A model generated the notes under the pieces. That model saw nothing but the letters and a program-made list of their open reading frames with translations, was not told where the DNA came from and ran no database searches. A DNA stretch of 36,518 bases, taken from contig JYFJ02003903.1 in NCBI GenBank assembly GCA_000934665.2, forward strand, positions 1 through 36,518, in the 5' to 3' direction. This DNA comes from Catajapyx aquilonaris (taxonomy: Eukaryota). Below are positions 35,015 through 36,518 of the stretch, piece by piece (the first letter of the stretch is position 1; every line of letters starts with the position of its first letter). Made by a program: the position numbers and the translations under genes.

Positions 35015-35291
35015 TACACCAAATGTAAGTGTCTCAAGTATGACATTGCCAGCTCATTGGAATGCGAAATTAGGTTGAATCTAGTCACAGCAGTTTTCCA
35101 CAAAAAATGTTCCACTTCTGTTCTGTGAGTACATATTCATAGGTCACATGTGAAAGCCAATTTTGTTTGCTAAATATACTTGACCATTGCTACTAGTGAA
35201 TGCAATGGCAATAAATGTCACTTGCCAATGCCGAATGGGAAAGGTGACACCTTACAATAACTGCTACGGTTCATGTTCCATTGACACCAAC

Positions 35292-35591
35292 CTTCGTTTC
35301 TACACTGAGGGTAGTTTTCGATGGGCGCTTCGGTTCCAATTCATTCCTGACTTCGTTGCACACCCAGCGAACCAATTCTTTCGATAATCTGTAACGTCTT
35401 CTGAAGTCTTTGTCTCGGAGCACTTCAAATGCGTCTTCCCTGGAGGAAGAGGAAGATGGAGGAAGAGGCGCTTTTGCGGGGGTGCTCCTAGACGCTAGAC
35501 CCACCGTCCGACTGAGCGAGAAGCAGACGATGGCCATCGTGATATTGTCTCCGTCTTCTCGCCGCCTCTTCTGCAGCAGGTGGTGCTCCAT
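35292..35591 (-). pseudogene. Harbinger (HARBI1-like) transposase exon 1 (start uncertain)
   Basis: DAFEVLRDKDFRRRYRLSKELVRWVCNEVRNELEP...LSVETK|gttggt joins exon 2 in phase 0 to give LSVETKVLIALRFYA. Confidence 0.75.
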
Positions 35592-35841
35592 TGTTGGCTC
35601 TCAAAGCCACACGCCCTACTTGTTCATTGCAGCACAACACGCATACATTAGAATGGGCCCCGGGCTGCCCAGGGTCGCCGACGACACAAGTAGGCAGCCG
35701 CGGTCTCAGCCTCCGGCTCGCACTCGGCATGGCTTTGGTCGCCGCGCAGAATGACCGAGCAGCAGCATCGCGGCTCGCATTAGGCCGGGCGCGCGACAAA
35801 CTCAGCCAACATTGACCAGAATATGACGGGCGGATAGTATC

Positions 35842-36518
35842 GATTAGGCGGAATACGGGCACCGCGCCGATGGCGTGCAAGTGGGGTGCAGGCCCACGGG
35901 GGGGTCCGGGGGGGGGGGGCGGAGCCCCACCGTCTCGTAAAGCGAGTCTATCTAATATATATAAAGCCCCAATCCGAGGAGGAGGAGGATATAGGATGGG
36001 AAAGATTTCGCACTTCCCGGCGTCGCAGAGCCCTCGGACTTGCACCGTTGCATTTCTAGCTTCCGGTATACCGATGCCAAAAATCCTCATAATCGCAAAA
36101 TTCCCAGCCGTTTGGGATATCGCCAAATTTAATGTAGACGCAAACCCGAGATCGCGTAATTAATGTATCCGCAAACTCCCCCGCATCCCCGAGAACAAGG
36201 GACCACCCACTCCTCTCCACCCGCTTGTCACTCAATCCAGGGCCCTGCTCAAACCCACAGTTCAACCCAGTCGTTGGAATGATACGTCACAGATGGTCCC
36301 ACCTGTCGTCCCAAGCGCTGTTGTGAACGATACGTTACAGAGGTGCCCTCTGTGACGTATCGTTCACAACAGCGCTTGGGACGACAGGTTCGGGAACTCC
36401 TCATCGCTACCGGTGACGTCACTGATTTCTGTAACCGGATGGATTAGGCGGAACGCGGGCATAGCGCCGAAGGCGCGCCAATTGGGGCGCAGCCCCAAGG
36501 GGGGGTGTGGGGGGGCGG
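35842..36518 (+). mobile_element. Possible tandem Helitron-like non-autonomous element (~600-bp period)
   Basis: 35842-35922 recurs, diverged, at 36442-36518; junction GC hairpin...GCGAG|TCTATCTAATATATATAAAG at 35947 resembles a Helitron 3'|5' join. Confidence 0.4.
36301..36389. repeat. Near-perfect palindrome, 43-bp arms, 3-nt loop
   Basis: Centre 36345; one T/G mismatch. Confidence 0.95.

Larger units (their letters stand above)
34119..35823 (-). mobile_element. Internally deleted PIF/Harbinger transposon
   Basis: Left terminus ggacccgtattctggccaa (with a 13-bp tandem duplication), right terminus ttgaccagaata; contains two transposase exons. Confidence 0.65.

Overview
Eukaryotic, intron-rich, TE-dense genomic DNA; the gene and TE content suggests an arthropod. 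Host coding sequence is all on the + strand: two huntingtin-like N-terminal exons (1247-1646, 2694-2922), the last two exons of a spastin-like AAA ATPase (7676-8060, 8140-8303), and a complete 4-exon NPC2/ML-domain gene (17488-22682, 164 aa). No other huntingtin exons and no upstream spastin exons are visible. The two fragments are separated by a nested TE stack (SINE > TA-MITE > Gypsy > CACTG element). Every outer element in the stack lacks its right-hand part beyond the CACTG element, which points to a rearrangement or mis-assembly breakpoint. The rest of the window holds MITEs, three tRNA-derived SINE copies and remnants of Tc1, mariner, pogo, Harbinger, LINE and possibly Helitron elements. 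Fold-back DNA is very dense: two transposase-derived palindromic elements (double-5' and double-3'), a perfect 380-bp-arm inverted duplication, and several unrelated near-perfect palindromes with 1-3 nt loops. All family calls come from reading the sequence by eye; no database searches were run.
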